Source: an uncultured Barnesiella sp. (GTDB lineage Bacteria > Bacteroidota > Bacteroidia > Bacteroidales > Barnesiellaceae). From it: a DNA stretch of 64,000 bases. Shown here piece after piece: positions 61,418 through 64,000 of this stretch; the first letter of the stretch is position 1, and each line of letters begins with the position of its first letter. The notes under the pieces are model-generated. The model worked only from the letters and a program-made list of their open reading frames with translations, made no database searches and was not told the origin of the DNA. Where the stretch lies: assembly GCA_902471075.1 (NCBI GenBank), contig CABRIW010000008.1, forward strand, positions 54,225 through 118,224. The letters run 5' to 3'. A program made the position numbers and the translations under genes.

Positions 61418-63508
61418 ATGAAAGTGTGCGTTGCCGAAAAGCCCAGTGTGGCCAAAGAGATAGCCGATATTGTAGGCGCCAAAAGCCGACACGACGGCTA
61501 CTTCGAAGGCAACGGCTACCAGGTGACCTGGACCTACGGACACCTCTGCACCCTGAAAGAGCCCCACGAATATACCGACCAGTGGAAGCAGTGGACCCTG
61601 CGGTCGCTCCCCATGATACCGGCCCGTTTCGGCATCAAGCTGATACCCGACCGGGGCATCGAGAAACAGTTCGGCATCATCGAGTCGCTCATGTCGAAAG
61701 CCGAGGCCGTGATAAACTGCGGCGATGCCGGCCAGGAGGGAGAGCTCATTCAACGGTGGGTCATGCAGAAAGCGGCCTGCAAATGTCCCGTATACCGGCT
61801 CTGGATTTCGTCGTTGACCGAAGAGTCCATCCGGGAGGGATTTCAGAATCTCAAACCGCAAGCCGAGTTCGACTCGCTCTACTTTGCCGGCTTGTCACGA
61901 GCCATCGGCGACTGGCTGCTGGGGATGAACGCCACCCGGCTCTACACCCTCAAATATGGCCAGAACCGGCAGGTGCTCTCCATCGGACGGGTACAGACCC
62001 CCACCCTGGCCCTGATTGTCAACCGGCAACTCGAGATAGAGCATTTCGTCCCCCAGCCTTACTGGGAGTTGAAAACCATCTACCGCGACACCACCTTCTC
62101 GGTGACCAAGGGGCGGTTCCAGACCGAGGAGGAGGGACAGGATTTCCTGCAGAAAATCGAGGGCTTCCCCTTTACCGTGACCGACGTCACCACCAAACAG
62201 GGGAAAGAGGCCCCGCCCCGGCTCTTCGACCTGACCAGCCTGCAGGTCGAGTGCAACAAGAAATTCTCCTATTCGGCCGAGAATACCCTGAAAATTATCC
62301 AGTCGCTCTACGAGAAGAAGGTAACCACCTACCCGCGTGTCGACACCACCTTTCTAAGCGACGACATCTACCCCAAAGTACCGGGCATACTGGCGGCACT
62401 GGTCGACTACCAACCGTTGACGGCTCCCTTCCAGACCGGGAAGATACCCAAGAGCAAGAAGGTGTTCGACAACTCCAAGGTGACCGACCACCACGCCATC
62501 ATTCCCACCAATGTAAAGGCCGTGAACCTCACGGCCGAGGAGCGCAAGGTCTACGACCTGGTGGCCCGACGCTTCATTGCGGCATTCTACCCCGATTGTC
62601 TCATTGCCAATACCACCGTGTTGGGCGAAGTCAATCAGATCGAATTCAAGGCAACCGGCAAACAGATTCTTTCGCCGGGCTGGCGTGCCGTATTCGGAAA
62701 AGAAGAGGAGAACGGCGACGAGAACGAAAGCACCCTGCCCGCCTTTACCAACGGCGAAACAGGACCGCACACCCCCTCGCTGGCCGAGAAGTGGACACAG
62801 CCTCCCAAACCCTATACCGAGGCTACCCTGTTGCGGGCCATGGAGACCGCCGGAAAGCTGGTCGAGGACGAGGAGCTGCGCGATGCCCTCAAGGAGAACG
62901 GCATCGGACGCCCTTCGACCCGAGCCGCCATCATCGAGACACTGTTCAAACGTCACTATATCCGCAAGGAGCGGAAGAACCTCATTGCCACACAAACGGG
63001 GATAGAGCTTATCGGGACTATCCGCGACGAGCTGCTCAAGTCGGCCGAACTGACAGGTATCTGGGAAAACAAGCTGCGGAAAATCGAACGCAACGAATAC
63101 CGGGCTGCCGACTTTCTGGAGGAGCTGAAAAAGATGGTCGGCGAAATCGTGCTGCATGTGCTCAGCGACAATTCGGGACGCATCACGGCAGCCACACCTC
63201 CGGCCGAAGAACCGAAGAAAGAGCCCAGAAAAAAAGCGGCCGCACCGGCCAAACCCCGCAAGAAGAAAGCGACAAAAGGCGACGAGACACAAGCCCCGGC
63301 CCCGACCGACAAGCAGCCCCTGACATGTCCGCTATGCCACAAGGGCGAAGTGATACAGGGCAAGGCGGCTTACGGTTGCAGCCGATGGCGCGAGGGTTGC
63401 GGCTTCAGACTGCCTTTCGGTGAGAACGGCCAACCGCTCGACGAAGCTATCTTGCGGCAACGGATTCAAGATTACAAAGCTACCCCCAATACAGAGAATC
63501 ATGAGTAA
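61418..63508 (+). CDS. topB: DNA topoisomerase III
   Basis: 696 aa. TOPRIM (VCVAEKPS, DxD region), active-site Tyr region, C-terminal Zn-ribbon CPLCHKG...C. Confidence 0.93.
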   Translation: MKVCVAEKPSVAKEIADIVGAKSRHDGYFEGNGYQVTWTYGHLCTLKEPHEYTDQWKQWTLRSLPMIPARFGIKLIPDRGIEKQFGIIESLMSKAEAVINCGDAGQEGELIQRWVMQKAACKCPVYRLWISSLTEESIREGFQNLKPQAEFDSLYFAGLSRAIGDWLLGMNATRLYTLKYGQNRQVLSIGRVQTPTLALIVNRQLEIEHFVPQPYWELKTIYRDTTFSVTKGRFQTEEEGQDFLQKIEGFPFTVTDVTTKQGKEAPPRLFDLTSLQVECNKKFSYSAENTLKIIQSLYEKKVTTYPRVDTTFLSDDIYPKVPGILAALVDYQPLTAPFQTGKIPKSKKVFDNSKVTDHHAIIPTNVKAVNLTAEERKVYDLVARRFIAAFYPDCLIANTTVLGEVNQIEFKATGKQILSPGWRAVFGKEEENGDENESTLPAFTNGETGPHTPSLAEKWTQPPKPYTEATLLRAMETAGKLVEDEELRDALKENGIGRPSTRAAIIETLFKRHYIRKERKNLIATQTGIELIGTIRDELLKSAELTGIWENKLRKIERNEYRAADFLEELKKMVGEIVLHVLSDNSGRITAATPPAEEPKKEPRKKAAAPAKPRKKKATKGDETQAPAPTDKQPLTCPLCHKGEVIQGKAAYGCSRWREGCGFRLPFGENGQPLDEAILRQRIQDYKATPNTENHE

Positions 63509-64000
63509 CGAAGAGTGGTTTCCCCTGATCGACGAGCAGGGAAAAGTCATCGGGAAGGCAACCCGACGGGAGTGTCACAACGGTTCCAAGCTGCTGCACC
63601 CGGTGGTGCATCTGCACATACTCAATCCCGACGGCGAGCTGTACCTGCAAAAGCGCTCGATGAGCAAGGACATACAACCCGGCAAATGGGATACGGCCGT
63701 GGGCGGACACGTGGACTATGGCGAATCGATCGAGGAGGCATTGGCCCGCGAGGTACGCGAAGAGCTGGGTATCACCCGCTTTACGCCCCATCCGCTCATT
63801 ACCTATATCTTCGAGTCGGCTCGTGAGCGCGAGATGGTGAACGCCTACTGCACCTGCTACGACGGGCCTATCACCATCGACCCCGTCGAGATAGACGACG
63901 GTCGCTACTGGCCGCTCGACGAGATACACCGCACCCTCGGTCAAGGTATCTTCACCCCCAACTTCGAGCAGGAGTTCCGGCGCATCGAACCGCAACTGCT
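63501..64000 (+). CDS. NUDIX hydrolase (C-terminus beyond the window end)
   Basis: Open frame from the ATG at 63501, not in the track because it has no stop. NUDIX box GGHVDYGESIEEALAREVREELGI. Overlaps the topB stop by 8 nt. Confidence 0.8.
   Translation, partial: MSNEEWFPLIDEQGKVIGKATRRECHNGSKLLHPVVHLHILNPDGELYLQKRSMSKDIQPGKWDTAVGGHVDYGESIEEALAREVREELGITRFTPHPLITYIFESAREREMVNAYCTCYDGPITIDPVEIDDGRYWPLDEIHRTLGQGIFTPNFEQEFRRIEPQL

Overview
This 64 kb window is chromosomal DNA from a GC-rich member of the Bacteroidota, probably Bacteroidales. The phylum call rests on promoter architecture: TTTG followed about 20 nt later by TAnnTTTG, with start codons lacking Shine-Dalgarno sequences. The gene content also fits: BioG-BioC fusion, LptB/MlaEF, CPBP protease, DUF4827 and DUF3298 lipoproteins. 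Almost the whole window is densely packed housekeeping genes. In order: htpG (partial), a clpC-like chaperone gene divergent from gyrA, a TPR lipoprotein, a low-GC two-gene island, a THUMP-type SAM methyltransferase, smpB, a Yip1-type membrane protein, an aminotransferase, an FtsX-like permease, nhaA, lepA, a perR-like/rubrerythrin operon, lysA-lysC, ftsE, hisH-hisA-hisF-hisIE, CPBP protease, lptB, mlaEF, a secreted LRR protein, an S1-domain protein, rsmG, two MBL hydrolases, TPR proteins, glnS, mutS2, an OPT transporter, murB, a biotin operon bioA-bioF-bioGC-bioD, an NlpC/P60 peptidase plus dipeptide epimerase pair, an FNT channel, glmM, nrnA, dsbD, mazG, topB and a partial NUDIX gene. I found no rRNA, tRNA, CRISPR array, integrase or transposase. 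The only clearly foreign segment is a roughly 2 kb AT-rich insert at about 7.2-9.4 kb. It carries two uncharacterised co-oriented ORFs (296 aa and about 83 aa) and about 700 bp of non-coding DNA. This is the best candidate for a novel small system, perhaps a toxin/immunity or defence pair, but I cannot assign it to any family from sequence alone. Other points worth a second look: a repeated promoter cassette of about 65 bp shared by two unrelated genes; a PerR-box-like 7-1-7 palindrome on the perR promoter; a perfect 30 bp palindrome between lysC and lysA; a GC-rich structured block upstream of bioA; a Tat-lipoprotein form of L-Ala-D/L-Glu epimerase; and an ORF with an abrupt AT-rich internal segment.
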